DNA of 60,647 bases, filler included. It is 4 parts of 4 records of this genome, joined end to end, with 100 filler letters (N's around TTAATTAATTAA, not from the genome) between each part and the next. Parts side by side here need not be neighbours in the genome. Positions count along the whole stretch, not along the records: positions 26,168 to 41,780 come from SRR22947725_4539; 3 more parts are not named here. The stretch is one strand, 5' to 3'. The position numbers and the translations under genes were made by a program. The notes beneath the pieces are model-generated. The model saw only the letters and a list, made by a program, of their open reading frames with translations. It ran no database searches and had not been told where the DNA came from. Shown here one piece after another: positions 29,722 to 38,978 of this stretch. Within the stretch, counting starts at the first letter, position 1. Each line of letters starts with the position of its first letter.

Positions 29722-31418
29722 ATATGTTATTTCAATCTAAATCTAAATCTCTAACGGGTGCAAAAATCTTGGTTGAATGCTTGCGTCAACAGGATGTGAA
29801 AAACACGTATCTTGTTCCAGGTGAAAGCTACTTGTCGGTCTTGGATGCCTTAACCGACGTTCCTGAGATCGAACTTACCGTTTGTCGACAGGAAGGTGGC
29901 GCGGCGATGATGGCAGCGGCACACGGCAAACTGACGGGTCGACCCGGGATATGCATGGTCACACGCGGGCCAGGAGCGACAAATGCGTCTGCTGGTTTAC
30001 ATATAGCGTGCCAAGATGCGATTCCGATGATCCTGTTTGTGGGTCAAGTTGCCCGTGAAATGCGCGAGCGCGAAGCGTTTCAGGAAATCGACTATCGCCG
30101 GATGTTTGGGCAAGTCGCCAAATGGGTGGCCGAAGTCGATAGCCCGGATCGTATGGCCGAAATTGTATCTCGCGCTTTTCATGTGGCTATGTCAGGCCGC
30201 CCCGGCCCTGTAGTGCTTGCAGTTCCCGAAGACATGTTGACGGAACACACGAAGGTAAACGTGCCGAACTTGGGGCTAGCCAAACCTGCACGCGCAACCA
30301 TTACGTCCCACGATGCTGATGAATTTTTGAACACGCTTCGTTCTGCTAAATCGCCTTTGATAATTGTCGGTGGCGGGGTCTGGTCGAACGATGCGCGCCG
30401 CGATTTGGAAGACTTTGCGACCAAGTGGGCGGTTCCTGTTGCCGCTTCATTCCGATGTCAGGACTATTTTAACAACGTCCATCCCTGCTATGCAGGGGAT
30501 TCTGGGATTGGGATTAATCCAATCTTGGCCGCACGGATCAGAAATGCCGACGTATTGATTTTGCTTGGCACACGGTTCAGCGAAATGGAATCAAGTGGAT
30601 ATTCGCTGGTGGGTATTCCGCAGGGCGATCAGCACATTATCCATGTGTACCCAGACCCTGAGGAGATTGGCCGTGTATATAAACCACAGCTTGGAGTTGC
30701 GGCGCCGCCGGATGAAGTGATTGCATCTTTGCTACATCGCGACATACCGGATTTCGACTTGACCGCACGCCGCGCGACAGTTGCGCAGTGCAACGCTGAA
30801 TATAATGCATGGTCGACATTACCTGAAGGTCGTGGTGATCTGGCTATGGCAGACGTGATGCGCCACATAGAGGGCGTTCTCACGGACGATGCAATCGTAA
30901 CAAACGGGGCAGGTAATTACACGGTTTGGATCCACAGGTTTCACAAACACCGCCAGTATCCGTCGCAGCTTGCGCCAATCTCAGGATCGATGGGATATGG
31001 TGTTCCCGCTGCTGTAGCGGCCGCGCGCGTTATGCCAGAACGTCAAATAGTCTGTTTTGCAGGAGATGGGTGTTTTTTGATGCATGGTCAAGAGCTTGCG
31101 ACTGCGGTTCAATATAAATCAAATCTTGTTATCATTGTAGTCAATAACGGGATGTACGGCACAATTCGTATGCATCAAGAGCGCAACTATCCCGGTCGGA
31201 TAAGTGGCACTGATTTGGTTAATCCAGATTTTGCAGCGCTCGCTAAATCCTATGGTTGTCACGGTGAAACCGTTACTAGAACAGATCAGTTTTCAGGAGC
31301 TTGGGAACGCGCCAACGTCCATGAGGGGCCAAGTTTGATTGAGCTTCAGGTTGATCCCAAACTGATCACACCTACACAAACAATAAACGACATCAGGAAA
31401 GCGTCGAAGACATCTTAG
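29718..31418 (+). CDS. Thiamine-diphosphate-dependent enzyme, acetolactate-synthase-like family (probably catabolic)
   Basis: VPGESYL.VLDAL, RQEGGA with the activating Glu, VTRGPGATN, AFQE, GSMGYG, ThDP motif GDG...NN. No small regulatory subunit is adjacent. Confidence 0.9.
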   Translation: MNMLFQSKSKSLTGAKILVECLRQQDVKNTYLVPGESYLSVLDALTDVPEIELTVCRQEGGAAMMAAAHGKLTGRPGICMVTRGPGATNASAGLHIACQDAIPMILFVGQVAREMREREAFQEIDYRRMFGQVAKWVAEVDSPDRMAEIVSRAFHVAMSGRPGPVVLAVPEDMLTEHTKVNVPNLGLAKPARATITSHDADEFLNTLRSAKSPLIIVGGGVWSNDARRDLEDFATKWAVPVAASFRCQDYFNNVHPCYAGDSGIGINPILAARIRNADVLILLGTRFSEMESSGYSLVGIPQGDQHIIHVYPDPEEIGRVYKPQLGVAAPPDEVIASLLHRDIPDFDLTARRATVAQCNAEYNAWSTLPEGRGDLAMADVMRHIEGVLTDDAIVTNGAGNYTVWIHRFHKHRQYPSQLAPISGSMGYGVPAAVAAARVMPERQIVCFAGDGCFLMHGQELATAVQYKSNLVIIVVNNGMYGTIRMHQERNYPGRISGTDLVNPDFAALAKSYGCHGETVTRTDQFSGAWERANVHEGPSLIELQVDPKLITPTQTINDIRKASKTS

Positions 31419-31450
31419 GCGACATCATAAGAAGAAAGGGAGTAAAGCTA

Positions 31451-32203
31451 ATGGATCAAAAAAAGGTTGTAATCGTGACGGGCGGATCAATGGGGATTGG
31501 CCGAGCCATTGCTGATCGATTTGCAAATGATGGGGCCGATGTTGTCATTGCTGACATAGCAGGTGCCGCTGAGGCAGCAAACGAAATGGTAGCAGCAGGC
31601 GCAAGTGCAATTGGCGTGACGTGTGATATCTCTGATCCTGTGTCGTGTGACGCGATGGTTTTGGCTGCGGTCAACGCCTTTGGTCGGATTGACACGCTGG
31701 TGAATAACGCAGGCCTGTATTCGACTCTAAAACTTACTGATTTTTCCAAAATTAAACCCGAAGATTGGCAGCGTGTTTTGAATGTTAATGTCATGGGGCA
31801 GGCCTTCGTGACTGCCGCTGTTCTACCAACAATGCAGACACAAAACAAAGGCGAGATTGTGAACATGTCTTCGGGAACACCGTTCAAAGGAGTTCCTTAT
31901 CTGCTGCACTACGTTGCAAGTAAAGGCGCAATCAATGCGATGACTAAAGCACTAGCAAAAGAACTGGGTGAATTTGGCATTCGGGTTAATGGTGTTGCGC
32001 CAGGCTTTACGTTGTCAGATGGGGTTAAAGCAAACCCGCATCAAATCGAAAAACTGCAAGAAATATCCGTCAAATCGCGTGTTATCGCCCGTGATCAACT
32101 GCCCGAAGACGTTGTTGGTGCGGTGGTATTCCTTGCTTCAGACGATGCTGCATTTATGACGGGCCAAACGCTTGTCGTCGATGGCGGCGCTTATTTTCAC
32201 TAA
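31451..32203 (+). CDS. Classical short-chain dehydrogenase/reductase (likely NAD-preferring)
   Basis: TGGSMGIG, acidic residue in IADI, NNAG, catalytic YVASK, TGQTLVVDGG. Confidence 0.93.
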   Translation: MDQKKVVIVTGGSMGIGRAIADRFANDGADVVIADIAGAAEAANEMVAAGASAIGVTCDISDPVSCDAMVLAAVNAFGRIDTLVNNAGLYSTLKLTDFSKIKPEDWQRVLNVNVMGQAFVTAAVLPTMQTQNKGEIVNMSSGTPFKGVPYLLHYVASKGAINAMTKALAKELGEFGIRVNGVAPGFTLSDGVKANPHQIEKLQEISVKSRVIARDQLPEDVVGAVVFLASDDAAFMTGQTLVVDGGAYFH

Positions 32204-32236
32204 CGCATACAATCAAACAAAAAAGGAGAAGACAAA

Positions 32237-33223
32237 ATGAAACGACGTACATTTATAAAGGCAACAACATTGACAGCTGCAGCTTTGGCAACACCAGGGC
32301 TGGTGCGTGCTGCAACCGCGAAAAAACTTCGTGTTGGAACTATCACACCGGGTAGTCATTATTGGACACAGACAATGGATCGTGTTGGTGTCTCACTGGC
32401 TGAAAAAAGTGGTGGGATGTTTGAAACTCAAGTGTTTCCGTCAGGTCAGCTTGGCAACGAAGCAACAATGATCCAGCAAATTCAGGCTGGTGGCCTTGAA
32501 ATGGGTTTTTTGACAGTTGCTGAGTTTTCAAACCGGATTGAAGACATGGCAGCGTTGTTCGCGCCCTACCTTGTGCCAGACGTGGCTCATGCATCAAAAC
32601 TTTTGACTGGTGAGACCGCAACTGGAATGCTTGATCAGTTCTCAACATTGGGAATGAAAGGCCTTGGTTTTGGTCTGGGTGGTATGAGACATCTCATATC
32701 ACGCAATCCAGTGTTGACATCAGCAGACCTTGCAGGGCGCAAGTATCGGATCACGCCCTTTGCAGCGTTGCGTGATTTTTACGAATTAATGGATGTTGCG
32801 CCAACCCCGGTTCCCTTACCTGGATTGTTTGATGCATTAGCGAACGGTCAGGTTGACGGCGCGGACATTGATCTTGAACTGGCATGGAAATTGAAATTGT
32901 TTGATCAGGCACCTAACCTGACAGCCACTAGCCAGATGATGTTCCCAGTTGTTGCAGTGGTTTCTGGCAAGTATTGGGCCGCTCTTGATAATGCTGAAAA
33001 GAAAATGTTGTCGGAAACGGTGTCAGAACAAATTGATTGGCTTTTTGCGCAGTATATAGAGTCTGATCCCAAATGGTTGGATGATCTGAAAGGGACCGGA
33101 ATGAACGTTACAACAGCAGAGCCTGGATTTTTTGGAGATACTTTGGCAGAATGGTCGAATATTTGGGAGCCCAAAGCACCATCCATCATCAGTCTACGCA
33201 AAGAAGCCGCATTGTTGATGTAA
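32237..33223 (+). CDS. dctP: TRAP transporter substrate-binding protein with twin-arginine signal
   Basis: MKRRTFIK Tat signal, VFPSGQLGNE, conserved Arg in KYRIT, FDALANGQVDG; RBS AAGGAG. Confidence 0.9.
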   Translation: MKRRTFIKATTLTAAALATPGLVRAATAKKLRVGTITPGSHYWTQTMDRVGVSLAEKSGGMFETQVFPSGQLGNEATMIQQIQAGGLEMGFLTVAEFSNRIEDMAALFAPYLVPDVAHASKLLTGETATGMLDQFSTLGMKGLGFGLGGMRHLISRNPVLTSADLAGRKYRITPFAALRDFYELMDVAPTPVPLPGLFDALANGQVDGADIDLELAWKLKLFDQAPNLTATSQMMFPVVAVVSGKYWAALDNAEKKMLSETVSEQIDWLFAQYIESDPKWLDDLKGTGMNVTTAEPGFFGDTLAEWSNIWEPKAPSIISLRKEAALLM

Positions 33224-33231
33224 GTCAATTT

Positions 33232-33259
33232 GACCGCCTGTTTTCAATAACAGGCGGTC
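33232..33259 (+). terminator. Stem-loop after dctP (mRNA stabiliser or partial terminator)
   Basis: GACCGCCTGTT-TTCAAT-AACAGGCGGTC, a perfect 11-bp stem; no clear U-tract. Confidence 0.7.
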
Positions 33260-33285
33260 TTACCCTTTCATAAAAGGCCAATACC

Positions 33286-33837
33286 ATGAATTTTGTCGTC
33301 AAATTATCGGCTTGGATCGCTAAATTAGAAGCACTTATATTAAAAGTGCTCGTAGCATTTGTATTGTTGTTGATGGTTGTCAATGTCGTCAGTCGGGCTT
33401 TAAATTCATCTTTGTATTGGGCTGATGAACTCGCAATTAATGTAATGGTGATATTCGCTTTCGTAGGATCCAGCCTGATGTTTGCACAAAGGCGAAATTT
33501 TGCCGTCACACTCGTATCAGACGTTGTTTCAAATAAGAACTGTCGACGAATGGCGATTTTTGTCCAATGTGTGAATGTGCTATTTGCACTTTTTCTGGCT
33601 TATGCAACCTGGCTTTGGTTTGACCCATTAACCTTGGTAAGAAATGGCTTTCAATTGCAAGGGTTTTTTGAAGAGACCTACAACAGCGTCTATCAGGAAG
33701 TAACAAATACCATCGGTGTTCGCAGGGTATGGTTCTTTCTTGTGATGCCAATGTTCGCATTCACCTTATTCGTTCACAGTTGCGCCTGTCTCGTCCAAGA
33801 CTTGCAAAACCAAAACACATTGGACACGTCGAAATGA
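33286..33837 (+). CDS. dctQ: TRAP transporter small permease
   Basis: NVVSR...LYWADELA motif and four hydrophobic segments; lies between dctP and dctM. Confidence 0.88.
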   Translation: MNFVVKLSAWIAKLEALILKVLVAFVLLLMVVNVVSRALNSSLYWADELAINVMVIFAFVGSSLMFAQRRNFAVTLVSDVVSNKNCRRMAIFVQCVNVLFALFLAYATWLWFDPLTLVRNGFQLQGFFEETYNSVYQEVTNTIGVRRVWFFLVMPMFAFTLFVHSCACLVQDLQNQNTLDTSK

Positions 33838-35090
33838 TAACCGTCATTGTCTTTGTTGTATTGCTTTTTGTTGGAGCACCTATTGGAATTGTTCTAGCCG
33901 TTTCGGCAGCTGTCTACTTAATTGACGCGGGTAATTCCGCTTTGATTGGATCTTACGCACTGCAACTGATGTCAGGTATTGGTAAATATGGTTTGCTGGC
34001 AATCCCTCTGTTTATGCTCGTGGGTGAAATGATGAACGGGGGTGGTATCACCACCAGGCTGGTCGGGATGGCGCGTGCGATTGTTGGCACTATGAAAGGT
34101 GGCCTTGTTTATGTGAATATTCTTGCAAATATGATGATGGCTTCGATCCTTGGCTCAGCTACAGCACAAATTGCGATCATGTCAAAAGTTATGGTTCCCG
34201 AAATGGAACGGGAAGGATACTCAAAGACTTTCGCCGTGGCCACAACAACTGCAGCTGGGCTTTTGTCACCCGTTATTCCGCCATCAATGATGTTTGTTGT
34301 ATATGGTGTTCTTGCACAAATTTCGATTGGTGATCTCTTCATTGCTGGCATCGTACCAGGATTGATGATGGCTGGGGGATTTATGATTGTGATTTTCATC
34401 ATGGGATTGGTGAGTCCATTTCCTGAAGCTCCCAAACTATCGAAGCCGGAACGCGTCGCATTGTTTCGTGATGGATTAATAACACTGACCATTCCAGCTT
34501 CAATTATTGGCTGTATTACTTTGGGGCTTGCAACACCGACAGAATCTGCTGCCATCGCCGCAGTAATGGCATACCTGATCGGTAAGTTCGCAACCAAAGA
34601 GCTGGTTGAACGCGACATACCACAAATGTTGCTAACAGCAGGGTCCAACGCGGCACTTGTTCTATTCATGGTGGCTACAGCAAATGTTTTTAGCTGGATA
34701 TTGATTTATGGCCAGATCCCCCAAAGCTTGGCGGCATGGATCGTAATTTTTGCTGAGAACCCCATTTTGTTCTTGCTGCTTCTAAACCTCATAATGCTTT
34801 TAGTAGGAATGGTGATCGACGGAATACCAGCGCTGATTATGGTAGTTCCAATTGTCCTGCCCGTGGCGACGGCTGTCTACGGGATTGATCCCTATCATCT
34901 CGGGATTGTCTTATGCCTGAATCTGACTTTGGGGCTTGTGACCCCACCCGTTGGTGTTGCGCTGTACGTAGCTGCAACAGTGTCAAATGTTAAGGCTGGG
35001 GCTATTTTCAAAACGGCATTACCCTTTGTTGTGGTCGCAGCATTGGTCGTGGTTTTAATTAGTGTTTTACCCGCTTTGATAATCCGATGA
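33834..35090 (+). CDS. dctM: TRAP transporter large permease
   Basis: LLAIPLFML.GEMM..GG, VIPPS, TPTESA, TPPVG. Start at ATG 33834, overlapping the dctQ stop. Confidence 0.93.
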   Translation: MITVIVFVVLLFVGAPIGIVLAVSAAVYLIDAGNSALIGSYALQLMSGIGKYGLLAIPLFMLVGEMMNGGGITTRLVGMARAIVGTMKGGLVYVNILANMMMASILGSATAQIAIMSKVMVPEMEREGYSKTFAVATTTAAGLLSPVIPPSMMFVVYGVLAQISIGDLFIAGIVPGLMMAGGFMIVIFIMGLVSPFPEAPKLSKPERVALFRDGLITLTIPASIIGCITLGLATPTESAAIAAVMAYLIGKFATKELVERDIPQMLLTAGSNAALVLFMVATANVFSWILIYGQIPQSLAAWIVIFAENPILFLLLLNLIMLLVGMVIDGIPALIMVVPIVLPVATAVYGIDPYHLGIVLCLNLTLGLVTPPVGVALYVAATVSNVKAGAIFKTALPFVVVAALVVVLISVLPALIIR

Positions 35091-35160
35091 CTGGACAAAG
35101 AAAATTAAAAACCCATACCAGCATCGACACTAAGATGAATTTTTCATTCAGTTATAATAA

Positions 35161-35206
35161 CTGCATATCTGGGTCATCCCTGCAATTTTTTATCTTTACC
35201 TGCAAT
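35161..35206 (+). repeat. Phased short direct repeats (CTGCA cores at 35161, 35180 and 35200)
   Basis: CCTGCAAT occurs exactly at 35179-35186 and 35199-35206, with a partial copy about 19 nt upstream, in the intergenic region before the aldehyde dehydrogenase. Confidence 0.5.
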
Positions 35207-35232
35207 ATGGTTACTAATTGGGACATAAAAAT

Positions 35233-36747
35233 ATGATATTTACTCCACACGGCAAACATTTCATCGCGAGCAATTTGGTTGGGAGCGATACCAAATTCAG
35301 CTCAAAACCAGCCCATGGGCCTGCTCATAATTTCTCAGTTGGTTCGCCGCCACATATTGATGCAGCCGTCAATGCTGCCGAAAATGCTTTTTGGTCTTTT
35401 GGCTATTCCAGTCGCAAAGAACGCGCAGAATTTTTGAATGTTATTGCGGATGAGATTGATCTGCATGGTGACGCAATCACCGAAATTGGTACGCAAGAAA
35501 CTGGGTTGCCAGAGGCACGTCTGCAAGGCGAACGTGGCCGCACGACTGGTCAACTGCGATTGTTCGCAAACCATATTTTGGTTGGAGATTATCTAGATTT
35601 TCGTCATGATGAGGCCTTGCCAGGGCGTTCTCCGTTGCCGCGTTCAGATTTGAAAATGATACAGCGACCCATTGGCCCTGTTGCGGTGTTTGGTGCGTCC
35701 AACTTTCCGCTTGCGTTTTCAACGGCAGGTGGCGATACCGCTGCCGCTTTGGCTGCGGGCTGTCCTGTTGTGGTTAAAGGTCACACCGCCCATCCTGGCA
35801 CAGGTGAGATTGTCGCAGAGGCCGTGCAAGTGGCAATCCACAAATGTGATATGCATCCTGGCGTTTTCTCTTTGGTGCAGGGTGGCAATCTTGAGGTTGG
35901 ACAAGCTTTGGTGCAGCATCCACTGATCAAAGCAGTTGGCTTTACGGGATCACTGTCTGGTGGTCGTGCCTTATTTGATCTCTGCGCCCGCCGCCCAGAA
36001 CCTATTCCTTTTTTTGGTGAACTTGGTTCAATCAACCCGATGTTCATTCTGCCGGATGCTGCGAAAATACGAGGGGCTGAAATCGGAGCAGGATGGGCGG
36101 TTTCTTTGACGATGGGGGCTGGTCAATTTTGTACAAATCCTGGAGTCGCTGTGATCCTGAAAGATCACGCTGAAGCTTTTACCGCTGCCACAGCCAAGGC
36201 GTTAGGGGAGGTTGGTCCGCAAATTATGCTGACGGATGAGATCGCAACGGCATTTAGGAACGGCCAGTCGCGAATTGCGAGCAGAGAGGGGGTTCAAGGC
36301 GTTCTGACATCGATATGTGATCAACGCAGTGCCACGCCCTATCTCTATCAAACTACAGCGGCACAATGGTTGGCCAATGAGGAGTTGGGCGAAGAGATTT
36401 TTGGCCCAATTGGCCTGATCGTTTTAGCTGACGGTTTGGAGCAAATGCACAGCGTGGCTCATGCTTTGAAAGGCCAGCTGACATGCACATTGCATATGAA
36501 TGCTTCTGATGGAGAAGCTGCTAAATTACTGATGCCAATTTTGGAACGCAAGGCTGGGCGCATATTGGCTAATGGTTTCCCTACGGGCGTCGAGGTTAGT
36601 GAGGCGATGGTTCATTGTGGACCTTATCCAGCGTCAACTAACTTCGGGGCCACGTCTGTTGGCACAATGTCAATCAGGCGTTTCACTAGACCGGTTTGCT
36701 ACCAAGATATTTCCTTGGATCATTTGCCAGAATGTTTTGTAACTTAG
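35233..36747 (+). CDS. Alpha-ketoglutaric semialdehyde (2,5-dioxovalerate) dehydrogenase-like aldehyde dehydrogenase
   Basis: ETGLPEARLQGERGRT.GQL, VFGASNFPLAFSTAGGD, ELGSINP, GQFCTNPG, NGFPTGVEV, signatures of the KGSADH subfamily. Confidence 0.88.
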   Translation: MIFTPHGKHFIASNLVGSDTKFSSKPAHGPAHNFSVGSPPHIDAAVNAAENAFWSFGYSSRKERAEFLNVIADEIDLHGDAITEIGTQETGLPEARLQGERGRTTGQLRLFANHILVGDYLDFRHDEALPGRSPLPRSDLKMIQRPIGPVAVFGASNFPLAFSTAGGDTAAALAAGCPVVVKGHTAHPGTGEIVAEAVQVAIHKCDMHPGVFSLVQGGNLEVGQALVQHPLIKAVGFTGSLSGGRALFDLCARRPEPIPFFGELGSINPMFILPDAAKIRGAEIGAGWAVSLTMGAGQFCTNPGVAVILKDHAEAFTAATAKALGEVGPQIMLTDEIATAFRNGQSRIASREGVQGVLTSICDQRSATPYLYQTTAAQWLANEELGEEIFGPIGLIVLADGLEQMHSVAHALKGQLTCTLHMNASDGEAAKLLMPILERKAGRILANGFPTGVEVSEAMVHCGPYPASTNFGATSVGTMSIRRFTRPVCYQDISLDHLPECFVT

Positions 36748-36914
36748 TTGGAAAATTTTTTGTAATCTGGGCATTGTCAAAAAAACTTGATGTTCCACTG
36801 ATTGGCTCTTAATTTTATCGCTAGCTCATTTGCAAAATTTGATGCTTGATCTACTTTGTCTGACGACACCCCGTCTAGACCAATCGTCTGGGCCATTCCC
36901 GCATTTGATAGAAT

Positions 36915-37604
36915 CTAATCTAAAAAATAGTCAATGTGATATGCGCGAGCTTTAGTGATTGTTTCATTCAAACGTTCCAAATGAAACCGCATTAATTTGA
37001 TGGCATCTGCACTCTCCTTAGAATTAAGAGCGTTAAATATCTGAATATGATCCTTGTAAATTTCTTCCATCCCGGCGATGTCCGCCAGGGCCAACGTGCA
37101 CAATCGATCAACATGTGATTTGGTTTCTAATATCATTTTAAAAGCGGCTCCAACACCTGCAGCTATGCACAGCAGTTCATGGAATTCATAATCCAGTTCT
37201 TGAAACTGGTCAAAGGTGCCATGTTCTATGACATGTTTTTGACGATCTAGATTTAATTGAATGGGTTCTAGGTCTTCGGTCGTAGCTGTTTCGCAAATTC
37301 TACGACAAACTTCTACCTCTACTGCAGTGCGTAAGAAACGAATGTTTAGAATCTCTTGGATTGAAATCTTACAAACTCGTGTGGCCATTTGTGGTCTGAT
37401 TTGTAGCATATTCATTTCGCCAAGGCGTAAAAATGCCTCACGGACAGGTTGACGGGACACTTGAAATTTTTTAGCAACTTCAACCTCAGACAATTTGGTG
37501 TTGGGTATCAAACGCAAGGCGATTATATCCGCACGCAAATATTGAAAGATGTCTTCGGCGACGGTTTGTCGCTTAGGGTTCTTAATTGTCGCGTTCAAAT
37601 TCAT
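36915..37604 (-). CDS. GntR-family (FadR/FCD) transcriptional regulator
   Basis: wHTH LSEVEVAKKFQVSRQPVREAF; FCD His motifs D.EFH, DH..I and M..HL. Start ATG 37604 with RBS AAGGA. Divergent from the second TRAP operon. Confidence 0.93.
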   Translation of the reverse strand: MNLNATIKNPKRQTVAEDIFQYLRADIIALRLIPNTKLSEVEVAKKFQVSRQPVREAFLRLGEMNMLQIRPQMATRVCKISIQEILNIRFLRTAVEVEVCRRICETATTEDLEPIQLNLDRQKHVIEHGTFDQFQELDYEFHELLCIAAGVGAAFKMILETKSHVDRLCTLALADIAGMEEIYKDHIQIFNALNSKESADAIKLMRFHLERLNETITKARAYHIDYFLD

Positions 37605-37741
37605 TTCGGTCCTTTTTGTTGGTCTGCACTTGATGTTAGATTTCGCAGAATGCACCTTACAAATGCATTGCACTAAATTATCACCACAATCTAATATGTA
37701 AATATACTCTTCTGCCTTAAGACTCAACTTTTTGCATATAA

Positions 37742-37821
37742 TTCATATTTATATGAAGTAAATTATAATTACCATACTAGTCAACATTTTACTTGACGCA
37801 AGAGAATTCTCGACCTACGAA
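37742..37821 (+). promoter_or_regulatory. Candidate operator and sigma70 promoter for the second TRAP operon
   Basis: Perfect inverted repeat TTCATAT-TT-ATATGAA (37742-37757), palindromes AATTATAATT and ACTAGT, then TTGACG (37793-37798), a 17-nt spacer and TACGAA (37816-37821). Confidence 0.45.
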
Positions 37822-37893
37822 TTAGGCGTTCCAACGATTCCACCATCCATTACTAAACGGATTGTGGAGACTTAACATCTGGGAGGATGAATT

Positions 37894-38898
37894 ATGACAT
37901 TAGTGAACACTGTTAAGAAATTAACTAAAACTGTGGTGCTTGCGTCTGGTTTGGTTGCCGTAAGTGCGTCAGCCAGCTTTGCACAGGACATAACACTTCG
38001 CGGCGCTAGCCAGTTTGATGAGAACCACGCATTTACCAAAACTATGGTTAAATTCGAGGAATTAATTGCCGCAAAATATGATGGTGAAATAAAATTTGAT
38101 ATGCGCTTGAACGGCGAATTAGGTGTTGAAAAAGATTACGTATCATTCCTACAACAAGGTGTTGCGATTGATTATGCAATTATGGCTCCGTCCAACATGG
38201 CCAAATTTTCACCATCAATTCCTTTGATGGATATGCCATTCTTGTTCCGCGACTTGGCGCATTGGAATGCGGCATTGTCTAGCGATGTTATGGCTCCACT
38301 TGAAATAGAACTTTTGGAAAAAGCAGACATCAAAATCATTGGCTACACTGGTGGTGGTACACGTAACTTGTTGTCTAAGAACCCAATTGGGAATTTGGAC
38401 GAGCTTAAGGGTCACAAAATGCGCGTTATGGGTGCCCCAATCCAAGCACAAATCTTTGCTGCTTTGACGGCTGCTCCATCTGCGATTGCGTATAATGAAG
38501 TATACAACGCGATCCAAACAGGTGTTATTGCTGGTTTTGAAAACGAAGCTGCAAGTATCCAAAACTTGAAGTTTTACGAAGTTGCTCCGCACCTGACGTT
38601 GACCAAACATACAATCACTGTGCGTCCTATCGTAATGAGCGGCAAAACATTCCGTAAATTACCTGAGGCATTGCAAACAGCCGTTCTCGCAGCAGGTAAA
38701 GAAGCAGGCGCTTTTGGTCGTGAGCTGGAATCAAGCGAAGATGCAGTGAAACTACAAGAAATGGTAGACGCTGGTCAGTTGACTGTTCAAGAATTTGCAA
38801 ACCGCGAAAAATTGCTTGAAATGGTTATCCCTGTTCAAAACGATTATGCTTCTACTATAGAAGCCACTGATTTGTTGGCTGCAATCCGGGTCAAGTAA
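37894..38898 (+). CDS. dctP: TRAP transporter substrate-binding protein
   Basis: Sec signal ending ASFA, NGELGVE, PFLFRD, conserved Arg in KMRVM, EVYNAIQTGVI.GFEN, FYEV; RBS GGAGG. Confidence 0.92.
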   Translation: MTLVNTVKKLTKTVVLASGLVAVSASASFAQDITLRGASQFDENHAFTKTMVKFEELIAAKYDGEIKFDMRLNGELGVEKDYVSFLQQGVAIDYAIMAPSNMAKFSPSIPLMDMPFLFRDLAHWNAALSSDVMAPLEIELLEKADIKIIGYTGGGTRNLLSKNPIGNLDELKGHKMRVMGAPIQAQIFAALTAAPSAIAYNEVYNAIQTGVIAGFENEAASIQNLKFYEVAPHLTLTKHTITVRPIVMSGKTFRKLPEALQTAVLAAGKEAGAFGRELESSEDAVKLQEMVDAGQLTVQEFANREKLLEMVIPVQNDYASTIEATDLLAAIRVK

Positions 38899-38910
38899 TC
38901 ATTATAAATC

Positions 38911-38943
38911 AAACCATCAGCAGTTCCGGCTGCTGATGGTTTT
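38911..38943 (+). terminator. Stem-loop / intrinsic terminator after the second dctP
   Basis: AAACCATCAGCAG-TTCCGG-CTGCTGATGGTTT, a 13-bp stem ending in a T run. Confidence 0.75.
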
Positions 38944-38978
38944 GTGTATTCTGTATATAATTAACTGTGGGAGCAATT

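Noticed and set aside
29718-31418. ilvB/ilvG biosynthetic acetolactate synthase
   Set aside because: No small subunit or ilvC nearby, and the context is catabolic; no gene symbol assigned.
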